Source: Dimorphilus gyrociliatus
Taxonomy: Eukaryota; Animalia; Annelida
Direction of reading: 5' to 3'
DNA: 64,000 nt
Assembly: GCA_904063045.1 (NCBI GenBank)
Contig: CAJFCJ010000007.1
Location: 1,112,819 to 1,176,818 of the forward strand
Shown one piece after another: positions 41,558 to 55,295 of the stretch (positions are counted from its first letter, which is position 1; each line of letters starts with the position of its first letter). A program made the translations under genes and the position numbers. A model generated the notes under the pieces. That model did no database searches. It saw nothing but the letters and a program-made list of their open reading frames with translations, and was not told the origin of the DNA.

Positions 41558-44500
41558 TTAAACTTCTCCTCCGCCAGCTTCTTTTCTTGGTGTAGATTTC
41601 TTCTTAGAGCTTTTACTAATTGTTGATTTAGACTTTTCTTTCTTTTTCTCTTCTTTTTTCTTCAAACTCTGATTATCAATGGTTGATTGAGTTGATTGTT
41701 TTGTTGCTATTTCAGATATAACAGATTCCGGCGCAATAGTCGTCTCACCGTCTGTTGTTGCTACTGTTGTTGCATCGCTCTTCTTTAATTTTCTATCTAA
41801 TTCACGGACTATTTCATTTAAATTTCGTAACTCCTCTTCCAAATCTATAACTCTCTCTTCGGCCTTTTGAGCTCTTTCCTCTGTGTTTCTGTATAATAAA
41901 AAAAAAACAAAACTATGTTGTTTTTATTTATCTATTTTTCATTGATATTTACATCAGATCTTCTTGCAATTTTTCAATCGTTTGTAACGTATCATAGGCC
42001 TTTTCAGATTGTTCTGTTTCCGGTTTTCGTAATCCCCTCTCGTCCCTTGTTCCCTGTAGAGATTTAGGCCTTGTTGTTTCGTCAAACCCTATCGCTTCTA
42101 TTTCTTCCTTCTCCTCTTTTTCATTATCAGTTAGATCATCACCGCTATCTTCTTGCTCTTCTTGCAGATCTGCTTTTTCCTCCTCGACATCTTTCTCATC
42201 CCCTTCTTCGCCGTTTTTAGTTTCTTTATTTTGGGTTTCTATTTCGACATTTTCGCTTTGTCCCTCTACAACCCTCTCCTCTTCAGCAGAAATTGTCTCT
42301 GAAGCCTTAAGTTCATCCCCTTCATGTTTCGTTTCGACTACCTGTGGAGGGGTTGACTGCTCCGTATTTTCTTCGTCGACTCTTGCTAAACCTTTTTGAC
42401 CTTCTTCACATTCTACCACTGAAGCAGATAGGGGCTCTTTCTCACCGTCTCTGTCCGATATAGTTTCCTCTTTCTCTTCCAATACTGTTGAATGAGTAGA
42501 CAATTTAGTTTCTTGCCGCGAGAGTAATTCTTGGCCCACGGAAGATGGTGTTTCGCTCTTTTTCTCAACAACAATTTCCTCCTGTAATTCTTGTCCTGTT
42601 AACGCATAAACGAGAATTTTTGCAGTTGCTATCCATTCCTCAAATTCCGATTTCATCCTCGCCAAATCTATTTGTTCTTGTTCTGGATTTTCTTCATATT
42701 TAGAGAATTTTTGCTGAACAATAGCTTGAACTATTCCTGAGCAGCATCTTAATGAATTATTAAAAATTGATCAAACTTCAATAAATAACATAAATAAATA
42801 AGACGAAAGGCAAGATGATTATTATTGATAACTTACTGGACGAGATAGTTGTTGAAAGTCCGAAGTTTCGTAAATAGTTTTAAGACTGTATTACATAGTT
42901 GTTGATTGGTCTGTTTTAGAGTCTCTGCATCATTGAGTAACTCGGGAGAATGATTCGATTTGTCAGGAGCAATTTTCAATAGAATTTGTACCATCCATTG
43001 TACCATATCGGTATGCAAGGAAGAAACCTGAATTAATATAATAAATTAGTTTTGACCTATTTCGTTTCTCTTAATCATTAAATTATTCATTAATACCGTT
43101 TGAATTAGCCTAGCATTCTCACTTTCTATTCCATTCATTGTTGATGATAACCATTTTTGTGTTTTGGTCATCATGTCGTTTATCTCTAAACTATTTAAAA
43201 AATGTTAATTATATGTGTCGAATAGAGTGATAGTATTCTTTTCATTTATATAAAACTAACTGTTTATGGTCTTCTTTATCAACTTCTTTTTTAGTAGAGC
43301 CAATTAAACCGAGAATCTGAGCGCACCAACTCGAGTATTCCCCAAGAGTACTATAAAATCGAAGCCAATCCATATCGGGCAATGGGTTATTACCTTGAAC
43401 GGCAACATGCAATTTCGTTTGCCAATGCTCAAAGCTGCCAGATAAATTAATGAGAAGTCTCGCGACCCCATTTTCTCCGGTCAAACGAACCTGACACTGT
43501 TCATGCATAGCTGTAATATCAAGGTTTAATTCCTGCATGGCCTTCTGATCGCTATCTGAGTGACGATCGAATACCTCCAAGGCAATGTCAGCCCAGCCTT
43601 CCATATGCGAATGTGCTTCCTTCAATAAATCATGATTATTTAATAGTTCATCACCTCCAAACGTCTCTAATTGTTCGGTTACCCTCTGAATATAAATGGA
43701 AAATATGTACAATCGTTGGGTAATTAAGTAATAATTAATAAGATATTAACCTGTCCCCATTTTGTAAGTCCTTCGAGAGCAAATCTTACTTTTTCAGGAG
43801 TGGGAGATTTCTCTACAAGTCCGTCAGAGCCCCTAAATATTTTTCGTATATCATTATTATCTTATTTAATTTTTAGGGAATTAGGGATAAATTGAATAAC
43901 TTACAGGACAGTCTTATCAAAATCATCTCTGATAAATCTGACCCCTTCGAATATTCTTTCGACAATTTTCTTCATCCTTTTTTCATTGTTCTTCATATTC
44001 CCTTGAAATTCGAACATTAGCTCTCTGAACTTATCAATATGCATTTGCAATTCCGCAAGCATGGAAGAGTCGGTTCCACTTAATAATATTGTAAAATGTT
44101 TAGCTAATTTAACCCATGCTTTTTCAGCCACATGCAAACGTCTGGCATTTGTTAATTCGTGTTCTTCAGTCACCTTGAAGGAAATCAAGATGTTACGTAA
44201 CACTTTTACAACTAATAGAAAATTTGTTTACATAAAATTTATCTACTAACTTTCAACGCCAAACTGAAAGCAGCCTGACTCCACGTTTCCTTTTCATTAT
44301 TTAACGCTGTCATATCTTTCTCCATTCTTTTTCTCTGAAGTTCGTACAAGTCGTGATATTCAGACAATAGATCCGTGTTTTTCTTCGAATCTAAAAGGGC
44401 CTCTTTTAATTCTTCCTTCGCCTCTGTAGCGGCTTTAGTAACATTTTCATCGTGTTCTCTAACGGTCAATAATTCGTCTGTTAATTGGGTCACAGTTTTT

Positions 44501-46023
44501 TTAAATTTTAAAAGCTCATCGGTTAATCTCCTATCCAAAGCCCTTTGGGCCATAACTTCCTCATGGAGACCTTTTATCTTTCAAGAACAAAAGAAAAGAA
44601 GAAAAACTAAGTTTAGAGGGTGAAGTTGATAACTTTACGTAATTTTTTTTACTTGTTTTGGAACTCTGGATAGAATTTCAGCATATCTTCTTCGAATCTC
44701 TTGTAACAATTCTCCCCTTTCAGTGCACTCTAGCGTTGTTTGTCGTATTAATTCGTGAAATATAATATTGTATATATCTTGCTCCTTTTTCATTATTTCA
44801 ATTAGATTGTGCATCTGAGTCGGACCGATTTCTTCGTTCTCTAGATCATTCAAGCCAGCTTTATCTAGCATCTCGCCTAAAGTCTCTTTTAAGCGGAATA
44901 CCTCGAAACGACTCGTCGGTTGCCTATTAAAAACATAAAGATAGGGAAAGTGATTATTTGTATGCGAAAGGGGCGACGAAAGAGTGAAAGAGTATGAGGG
45001 TAGAGAGGGGTTGAGAGTGAGAGGGGTGAGGGCGCGATGAGTAATAAAGCAACTTCTTAATAAGACAATTTAATCCCTTTTCCAAATTATGATATTCTAA
45101 TATACTTACATAGATGGAAACGCTGTCAGATGACATTCATGATCTTTGACCTTAGTCGTATATTTCCTGTAAATTAGAAATGATTGTTTAACCTTTATTT
45201 TGTTATTAATTAATTACTCTTACTCAGTGTGATATTCTAATCCCATAGTAGCTCGACTAATAGTATATAAATGATAAAATAATCGTTTATCAAATCATTT
45301 GATAATGATAATGCATTAATTTTAAAAAAAACCTTTTAACAACATGATACTCTTCCGGAATCAAACTATCTGGAAGTCGAACTTCCTTTTCCTCCTTTTC
45401 CTTCTTTTCTTCTCTCATCATTGTCAACTCTCTCTTTCTCTCACCGCTCGGATCGAATTTCGAGGGTTCTTCTTCAGGCATTTCCTCCTTAGGTACGTCA
45501 TATAGAAAAGATATATCCCTGATTGATAACAAAAAACCGCGTGTCTTTCTTATGCAAATTAGTTAACCTAAATTTTAATGTTTGCTCACTCTCCCGCGCC
45601 GCAGATGCATGGTGTCTCTAAGAGGTGTTTAAATTTTTCCCTCCTCCCGGGAAAGTTCCATACAGATGCCGGAGGTCTCTTCGACTGTTAATACCCGCTA
45701 TTATGCAATAAATTAACTAGATAAAAGAAAGAAATATCACACCTTTGGCAACTGTTTAATTTTAGAAACAGGCCCTAAATTCTCTTTTGGAGCTGGTGGC
45801 TTTGTTAAGGAAAGTAAAAGATCCCTTGGAATATAGTCGCTACGTAATTCTACTGACTTTCTCTTTGACAATTCTAATCCTAGAATAAAGCAGTAAAGAG
45901 TGGTAAATAATTAACTGTCTCTCTTTCTTTACCCTTGTTCTATTACAAACCTTCCACCGAATTCTCTTTAGTAGAGTCCTTAGGGGACGCTTGAGGGGAG
46001 GGTCTTGGCACAACAGTGGTCAT
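41558..46023 (-). CDS. AXDND1: Axonemal dynein light chain domain-containing protein 1 (15 exons, ~1121 aa)
   Basis: Exons 46023-45951, 45879-45743, 45684-45590, 45518-45333, 45256-45224, 45166-45110, 44923-44653, 44577-44251, 44173-43905, 43832-43751, 43685-43261, 43190-43097, 43027-42837, 42747-41953, 41888-41558; all phase-consistent. Motifs DYIPRDLLLSL, DISFLYDV, LPDSLIPEEYHVV, EKYTT and IFHELIRQTTLECTERGELL match AXDND1 as I recall it. Glu-rich C-terminus. Confidence 0.88.
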
Positions 46024-47015
46024 TTTCTTTTTGTTTTGTTTTTAATAAAAAAATCACTGGAAAATATGGTTTATTAAAGGTAAAAATAATGAAATTCGAT
46101 TATCGCTCTATTTTTAAATTAATAAAATTATCGCAAGATCAAACAAATTATTAATTTAATTTTTTTTTAATTTATCGTAATTAACCAATTAAGAAGTATT
46201 TAAAAAGCTTTAGTTAAATATTCTAACCATTATGTAAAAATTAACTTTTATTCCGTTAGATATTTCGTGCGTCCCGTTACTAATAGTAACGACTATTTTA
46301 CTAGAATTTTACCAGTTTTGATAAAGAGTTTTGATGTCTGTAATAGAAACAGAGGGAGCAATAATCAATTATAGCGTATAGTTACTTTTTCTTCAGATTG
46401 TCTATTATCATCTAAAAAGCTTGCTTCTATAAAAAGAATGAGTTGATCAATAGTAATAATTAGATTTAACGACTAGTGGAATAATTTGAAATCGACAAAA
46501 AACAGATGAGAAGAGTTAGGATTTATCGATTCATAGGCAATAATTGAGATACCCAAGCAAGAATTTGCGGGGAAATGTCAAGCGGCATTTAATATAGTGA
46601 TACTTAAAACTTATAATATCATAAAAATGTTGGAAAAACTTGACTCTCGAGCTGTCAATAAAGGTCTCTTACTGAAGTGGTATAAGAATACCTTATTCAT
46701 AAATGAGGTAGAGGGCGTAACGGTCAATTAAAAAGAGTTTAGATATACTTTTCCAAAAATCTTTTATTGTTATTTGAAAGGCAAGGTACTCCTATTTCTA
46801 TACAAACAGATCAATAAACCGTCAATCGTTTCTAAAAGTAACAACTCTCGTAAATATTTACACATAACTGCTTCAGATTTAGAACTCGGATCAAGTTTCA
46901 TTTTCTTTTTTTCCCTTTTAAGAAGAAACTTGTGAAAATATTGTCGAGTAAACAAATCCTATGGACTAAATCAAAGAGAGTTACTTCTTCAAAGAAAACA
47001 TCACAGCATCTTTAC

Positions 47016-47026
47016 AGATGGCGCTA
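47016..47026 (+). promoter_or_regulatory. CTCF-like motif AGATGGCGCTA
   Basis: Located between AXDND1 and the spalt 3' end. Confidence 0.4.
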
Positions 47027-47929
47027 ATCTGTTTTTGGTATCAAAAATTAACGTAATTACTTTGTCAAAGTAAAGTGTTTCATCATCTCTCCACCGATAT
47101 CTATAGGCTGATCTTGTAGATTGTTATCAACGCTTGAGAAAACACAAAGCCATTCACTATTACAAACAGTTATCAAACTCCATATGGTCATTACGCAATA
47201 TTACGGTTTGTCAGACGAGAACTCAAGTGGCGATGTTAAAAAGGCGGAATTTTTTATCTACTTCAATATAAAATCGTCATATTTTTTTATTAAATAGGCA
47301 AACGAATGAAAAAAGGTTTTTAATTTATTGCCGCCATAAATGTCGTAAATATGCGCTTAGACAGTCGGAATTATTGATGCTATAGGCATATTTTAGATTG
47401 AAGAGTGGTCGCATTAAAAATTGGAAGAAAAAAAATCGTTGAGAGTCAACAATATGGTTTTGACCAGACGTCATTAAGTATATAAGAAATCGATATGCAA
47501 TAAGAATAATTGATAGCCGCATTCATAACTTGTAATGATGGATTGCGTGTGGCATTTTTTCGCGATAAGAATAGAAAGGAACGAAGAAGCGAATCTATGA
47601 ATAACAATGAGTTTTTTGACAGCATTAAATGGACGTTTTGGTGGCGGTATTTCATAGCTTTTCATAGCATCTGTCCTGAAGGCTAAAAGTAGAAAATATT
47701 CGCATACAATTATATATGCAGCGCGCTGTCATTTACGTGTATTATGCGAATAAATTAGATTTTTTTCCTCCTCGGCTCGTCGGTGAACAAACTAAAATCA
47801 ACAATGTATTTAAATATTCTTTTACTCAATACGTTTGTCTTTTGTTTTTTACCAATAAAAAGTCAGACATGCAATGTGTCGTAAATACAGAATATAGACA
47901 TAGTTACACATACATAGATAATTGTTTTA

Positions 47930-48490
47930 AATACACATATACATATATATATAAACATAAAAACTATGAATATATATATATATATATTTATATATTTATA
48001 TTTATAATTAACAAATGGTAATAATCTCATGGAAGAGGCTGGGGAACACTTTTGGGAGACAAAAGCATGCAATTTACGAGCACCGAATCTCTATATATAT
48101 ATATATATATATATATGCATATACATATATATACATATGCATATATACATATATATATATATACATATATATATCTATATACATAAAATTATATGCATTT
48201 AATACGCAGATTTATATATATATATATATATATATATATCTTCATATGTTCTTACATAAAATATTTATGTATATTAATTTATATATATATATGCATAAAT
48301 ATACATATATAAATATTCATGTTCATTTCTATATAGATATATATATATATATAAATACATATACATATCTATATACAAAATATATAAGTATATATGTATG
48401 AATACACATATACATATATATATATATATATTGTTATACATATATATGTATATACATATATATTGATAAATATATATGCATATATGTATA
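47930..48490. repeat. Degenerate (AT)n/(ATAC)n low-complexity block 3' of spalt
   Basis: About 500 bp of interrupted AT dinucleotide repeats; the source of spurious IYIY ORFs. Confidence 0.9.
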
Positions 48491-48607
48491 ATTGATAGGT
48501 AATTACATATAACGGATGTAAGTGTTCGTGTTCTTCGCATAGAAGCGAAAGTATAACAAAACATAAAAAGGGAACGCTACAAAAAAATTAGAAAAAGAAC
48601 AACACGC

Positions 48608-51600
48608 CTAAGTCATGACAGGTTTCAATTCGGAGCCGGCAGAGGGAGTGATATGTCCGCGAATATGAACTTCTAGTTCGTTGACTGATGCACAAGTTTT
48701 ATTACACAAGTGGCAACGCGGGGTCCACATCCACGGAGCAGCCTGAAAACCGGGGAAAAGGACCGGTGGCGGCAAATGAGACGGTAAAGGAACACTGTGA
48801 GAAACGGATGCTGGAGGGGAAGAAGTCGGTGACGCGGCGGAAGTCGGCGTCTTTTCTCGTGAAGGTGGTGATTTTCGTATACTTAAATCCAGTTCTCCGC
48901 CTGGTTCCCTTTTCAAATCCCCTCCATTGTTGTTGTTGTTTGTACTGATACTGTTGTTGTTATTAACGGCGGGAGACATTTTGGTCGTTTGCTGAATAAG
49001 ACTAGTTGGCGGCATGGATGTAGGCGGCAAAAAGCCATTGAAAAAAGGTAAAACGCCCGGATGATGAGCGAGAAAAGGCGGATGGGGCGGTGGTAAAGTA
49101 GGAGGTCGTATGTCAACACCACCCGCCTGAGAAGAGATCGGATCCAATGTCATCCTACGACCTCGACGACTAGGTCCACCAGCATACATATGAGTGCCCA
49201 TGTGAACTTTGAGGTTGCCTTTGGTTGTGAACGCCTTTGAACAGACTTCGCACTTGAACGGTTTATCGCCCGTATGCGTTCGATAATGTATCTGCAGAGC
49301 GCTTCCACTCGAAAACGGTTTCTGACAAATTGTACATACGTGTTTCAAATTCGGTTTCTTGACGAAGGGTGAAGAGTCTGATGATTCCTTCTTAGTCTGA
49401 CTTGAATTGTTTGGGCTTACTCCGACAACGGCAGGTGATGGAGATGAATTCGAAACGGAAACCTGCGCAGCAGCAGTTGTAACCACAGGAGAACTGCTTG
49501 TTGCCGCGCTTGACGAAGGAGCTATTCCGCTACTAACGCTAGACGTCACTGGCGTTGGAGATGATGATGATGAGGCGTCGCTAGCATTAGAATTGGGCGG
49601 CATATCTCTGATTTTGTGCGTAAGCATGTGTTGTTTCATGTTGCCCTTAGTTGTGAAAGATCTCTCACAAACATCGCATTGGAAGGGTCTTTCTTTGGTA
49701 TGTGACCGGTAATGAATGTCTAAGGCGCTCTTACAGGCGAACGTCTTATAGCAAATGTTGCATGTAGTATTCGTTCGTCCAGAACCTGGCCTGGGTCCCA
49801 AATAAGCCAATCCTCCAAGTAGGTCGCCACTCGGCCCCCTATCTTCCCGATTGGCTAAGGAGGCGAGCTCCTCTAATGGACGCTGACTACTAAAAGAATT
49901 GGAAGCGTCGATACTCTTTACAGACTCCTCAAGCGCTTGTAGAGAATAAGAGGCAGCATCGTTTTTATCGTTGTTAACGGAAAAATCATCTTCCGGTTCA
50001 CTGATTGTACCAGCCATATCGTCGTCGGATTCTTCATTGTTACTGGGGTGATGGGGCGGCGTATCTACATCGGCGGGCGGCTTAGATAAATCCAATTCAC
50101 CGTTCTCACCCGTGCGGACGTTAGAAAGAGGCAAGGCCGGCGGCATGAAAGGCAAAGGGGGTGGTGGAGTTGGTGGATATATTTGCAGTAACTGATGAGT
50201 TTTTACGTGCTGTTGTAATACAATCGAGTTATTGAACTGTTTATGACAAACCGGGCATGAATGAATCGGAGCGACTAGAGGTTTTCCGCGATGGACGCCC
50301 ATATGAGTTTTTAAATTGCCTTTCGTCGTAAAGCGCCGACCACAAATCTTGCATCTGTACGGCCGTTCGCCCGTATGCGTTCTGTAATGCATTTGTAAGG
50401 CCGATTTGCAGCTTAACACCCGTTCGCAAATGGCGCACTGATTCGGGTCGTCGCTCTTCTTATCGATGTTCTTTACCAACTCTTCCAATTTTGAGGTTTC
50501 GCTCGATTTATCTATTTCCATGAATTGTTCGAGCGAATCTTCGTCGTCCTTCGACGTAGACGATCCACCCCCATTTTTCGTTGAAGCCGAATCGAACGGT
50601 AAGGAAGCGGGAAGTGGGTGTACACTAAGTGCTTGCTCGCAGAGGTGCTCGCCGGCCTTGGGCGAATTAGCGCCGCCGTTAGACGCTGTCAAATCGACGT
50701 CCCTTAAGAGCGGCGGAGGTCCCGTAAATGAATCCGTTGAATGTTCAGCAACAGGGTATGGGTTCATCTTGATATGCGGGTACTTATCACGATGACGTTG
50801 GAAGTGTACCTTTAGGTGAGCTCTTGTTGCAAAACGACTGCCACATACGTTACACTTGAACGGGCGCACAGAGTCGACAGTGATAGCTATAGGAAAAAAA
50901 AATCAAAGTAAATCAAAGGTCAAGTAGGAAATTAAAACAAATGCAAAAAACTGATTTAAAGTTATCTACCGCGCATACATATATCATTTATATATATATT
51001 GTATATAAACTAGGCGCACCGGCTCTCAAACACACATAACACTGGCAAAAAGATACCCTCTTAGATAGATACAAAAAAAGAATTGTATATATTTGCTTAA
51101 TTCGAATAAAATATATTCTCGTCTAGTTTAAAGAGAAGAGCGAAAAAGAGATAGAGAGAGAGAGAGAGAAAAACAAAATTAAAGATTAAAAGTAAAAAAC
51201 AATATAAAAAAAAACGAAAATATATATATTAAACAAATAGATTTTATAAATTTATATCCTATATAAATATTTCAAATTATATAAAGGTATAGACATTTAT
51301 GGCGGAAAAATCATAATTAATATATGATTATGTAACAACTCTCTCTCTTTCTCTCTGTCTCTCTTTCTCTCTCTCTATATATATATATATATATAACTTT
51401 GCTGGCCAAAGTGGTGTACAATTACGCATTTATCTATAAAAATTTCTCCTATTTATCATCTTTGGCGTCAAAGTAATTTCTCTTCTTGTCCTTTAGAATA
51501 CATTAATCATAATTACCTTGCAAGAAATCTATATATATATATATATATATATAGATAGATTAATATATTTCAATACCTTTACAAATTTATACATTTTATA

Positions 51601-51632
51601 AGGTTAAGTGCTTTTACTTATATACATATATA

Positions 51633-51674
<42 letters not shown>

Positions 51675-54600
51675 TAACCCGAACGAGTATAATACACATA
51701 TATATTCGAAATTAGTCTACGCTTTGGGGTTTCGTCGCAAAAGCTAATGACGTCCACTAAGACGTCTACGCTTCACTTAGCTCACGATAGCCGAGTGACG
51801 CCGACGGCATGGCGAACGGCGTGTTTCTATTGGCATTCTAACGCGTGCGTGGCCGTCTCATTTTGGCGTCTATTAGTTTAGTCGGGGATGCTTGTTTTGA
51901 CGAGCAAGACGGTTCTTATCTACCCGGTCTGCTCGCTGCACAAATGCCAGATCATATGCGCTTCTTATCTGGCCTCGTACTGACAGAAAGCTCTCTAGCT
52001 AGTTGTCCATCATCTCTGCATCTGCGGCTAATCGACGAATATAAATATATATTTATAGTACATATAGATATTTATGCACTATATCGCTCTGGCATATGCA
52101 TACTTTTCGTGTTAGAACAATTTATATTGCGTACTCAAACCGGTAACACTTGGCGGTAAAAGTTATTAAATCAAATATATGCGCGCATATATGTAAATAT
52201 ATACTCTCACTCAAACCGAATTATGAGACCTTTGATCGGTATACAGTAAATCGAGAAGGGCAGTGGCGCACCTGTTGTTACATCATTGCATATTATCAAC
52301 ATGCCTGACAGATTGTGTATTCGGTTTCAGGCGAGCATAATTGAGAATAATAATGAGTTGGACCATACCGCCTAGCTGGTGCTCGTTAGCGCGAGCTCTA
52401 ACGTAAACAGAAACGGCACCGAAATCCGGCAGGCGCCGAATAAACAACGACATATCTGCCGGCCAGCCGCGCCGCCAATCATAATCTTACCGTTTTCCGT
52501 TAGCTTGTTTTCTTCTAACGACGACGGAGAATCGCCGTTGATATGCGCCTGTAGCTGTTGCAACATTTGCAGTTGGACAATTTGTTGTTGCTGGAGGGAG
52601 AATAAAAAGGATTGGACGGTCTGGAAGTTTTCTTCCGACTCTTCGTCGTCCTCGTCTAAATCGTCGGCGTCTTCTTCCTCGTCGTCTTTTGGGCATGTCC
52701 TTTTGTGCTCTATATAAACGTTGAGATCCTCGAAACCGGACCGACATCTCGTACAGACGCGCACTTGACCGCTTTCGTCGACGCCTGTAGGCGTTTTCAG
52801 AAATTACTCAAAAGTAGGAAAAAAAAAATGCTTCGAATATAAAACAAATCTAAAATAAGCTTTGAGAACGAGGGAGAAGGGGCGGAAAAAGATAGAGAGG
52901 ATGAGGGAAATGATAGGTTGAGATAGTAAAGGGGTAAAGAGAAGAGCGATTTCGAAGGGCTTCGCAAAATTGCCCATCGCGTCATCGCGCCGTCACTTTA
53001 GACATCAAGTAAGGACGACAATAACTGTGCTTGCTGATGAAATAATATGCAGCTCAGGCGGTCAGCGGCGGCTGCAAACTAGTCGCCTCTCGTTACCGTT
53101 CTTCAACACGCCAAACCCCGTGCACGTCGCCATGGAAACGCGCGCTTTCCCTCGGACGTATCGGCTATAAGTCCCGACAGTTCGACTAACGCCACGTACA
53201 ATTTGATAAGTATGAATAAAACATGGCCGCTTGGCCGCTTGACGCCAAATTTCATTAGAGAACGAGAGTACGAATAGGTAAAGAAAGGAGAAAGGAGCAG
53301 AAAAAAGGGAATAACAAATATAATGATAGATAAGGAGTGGAGGAGGGCGGAGTAATATTGAAAAGCAAAAGGGTAAAGGGGTAAAAACCGATATCCAATG
53401 TTGTAAAATGAACATGTAATATAAATATATATAGCGCAATCAAAGCATTGATTAATAACGTTCCCGGGCGAATTACGGAACACGCACGGCGAGAGATGAC
53501 CACCTGGTACCGAGAAATAAAAAGTAAACTGAAGTCATTAAAGGTAGGTAGATAGCCAGACTGAGGGAAAATCGAATTCGTCCCCCAACCAAAAAAAAAA
53601 TTCTCGATGCCCGTTTGCGGGCTTAGCGCCTTGACATAACGGTCGATGCAGCTAGCTCCAAAAAACCGTCGCTAGATCGATGAATGATATATTTTGTTTG
53701 GTGTTCAAATCGTTCCATCTCAACCCCTTTTCGCCGCGCATGAAATATTCATAAACGCCGTATAAACACACACTCAACGTCGGCAGCGTTCGATTCCGAA
53801 TGGCGACGACCGCGTGTATGCGATAGGAGATAGGCCGTCCCACCGGCCCCTGAACGCTCTCCGGACGCCCGTCCTATCTTGGCAGATGAACGCCGCAATT
53901 ACCTCTGTCAAACATATGACAAACAATATTTAACAGCGTTCGACCGCCGCCGCCGCCGCGGGGCTGCCCTTTTTTTTCTTTTCTCTCTATCTCACTCAAA
54001 TATTCGCCGTTCATTTATTTCATTCTCCGACCCTTTTCCTGTTTATACCCCTCCCACTCCTTTTTCGAATACGCTTTTGATTTATGCCCAATGCCATTAA
54101 GGCGAGCCGCTTTTTTGATTATGACCGAGCATGACACAAATCTGCAGGCAATTTGCATGACAAGAGCAAATGGTGCCGATAGTTATCGACCGGTCCATCT
54201 TGAAATACGAGTCGGAGTGTTGGAGAGGCCATCTTGCGGCCGCTTGACCGCCGTCCATCTTTTCCTTTTTTTCCGATTTCTTCGCCCTAAAAATACAACT
54301 AACTACGGCGGCGGCAGCGGCGGCGGTTAACAACCAATGTCTTTCTCTTTGCTATCACCCTCTCATATATATATTCTCTCTATCGTTTCCTTTTTTAACT
54401 ATATATATATATATATATCACTTTACTAAATCCATTATTCCTCTATGACATAAATCATAAATTTCGACCTACAATATCGTCTATAAATATAAAGACAACA
54501 ATAGGAACAATGAAGAAAAAGTCGCGGATACAAAAGAATATTCGAAATATTCCTCCACAAACCGAAAATTTTTTTTCATAAAAATTCATAACGCATCCGT

Positions 54601-55052
54601 TTTCAGCGTTCAAGCACGCTATTCGAACATTTCCTAATCCATAATAGATCGCGTCGGACGAAGGCGGTGGTGTTGAAGATAGAGAGAGGAAATGAGAGGT
54701 AGAGAGAAGACAAGATACACAATATATAGTTTTAAAAAAAGTTAAAAATAAAAATAAGACATATAAAAAAAAAAACAAAAGTAATAATAATAAAAAAAAC
54801 AACAGATGAACTTGGTCGACAAAAAAATAGGGACGATAGACAAATTTGACGTTTAACGCAACAAAACTTGACTGTGGGAAACTTACCGTTAGTGAAAGAT
54901 GAATTCCTTTCTGCGAATAAATATTCTTCCTCTTCCTCTAACTCCTCCAAATCCTCATTTACTTCTAACCTATTCGAATTGTCCGCACCAACTGCTGCCG
55001 AACCGTCGAATTCCTCCAGGTGACGCGGGTAACGCTGCTTTCGCCTCGACAT
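48608..55052 (-). CDS. SALL: Spalt-like zinc-finger transcription factor (3 exons, ~912 aa)
   Basis: Exons 55052-54887 ([11 protein letters not shown], the NuRD-binding N-terminal motif), 52784-52491 (C2HC finger VCTRC...HKRTC and Gln-rich [14 protein letters not shown]), and 50886-48608 (double/triple fingers with SAL-box FTTKGNLK). Splice sites are GTAAG/AG and phase-consistent. Confidence 0.93.
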
Positions 55053-55279
55053 GACGAAGAACGGGAATGCAATGCGGCAGGAGAACTCTCTCAAGTTTTA
55101 GGCGGCCAGTCGGCAACGAGCCGTAGTGCGCATGTGCATATTATGTATATCAATAATGCATAATTATCATAATCAGATTGAAGGCGAGGCTCGCTATTGG
55201 TCTGAGGCTCTGAGATGCAGGGAGGTGCATATGATCTTATCCGCTCTCCGCAATACACTGACAAAAACTGAAGCTGTTG

Positions 55280-55295
55280 TAGCGCCCTCTAGCCG
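55280..55295 (-). promoter_or_regulatory. Strong CTCF-like motif CGGCTAGAGGGCGCTA near the spalt start
   Basis: Matches CCASYAGRKGGCRSYA apart from two 5' positions; about 230 bp upstream of the ATG. Confidence 0.5.

Noticed and set aside
47107-47271. 54-codon open frame after a TATAG acceptor-like site
   Set aside because: No phase-compatible upstream exon or recognisable domain was found; cannot be supported as coding.
53788-53797. GTTCGATTCC tRNA T-loop-like motif
   Set aside because: The flanks do not form a T-stem, acceptor stem or D-arm.
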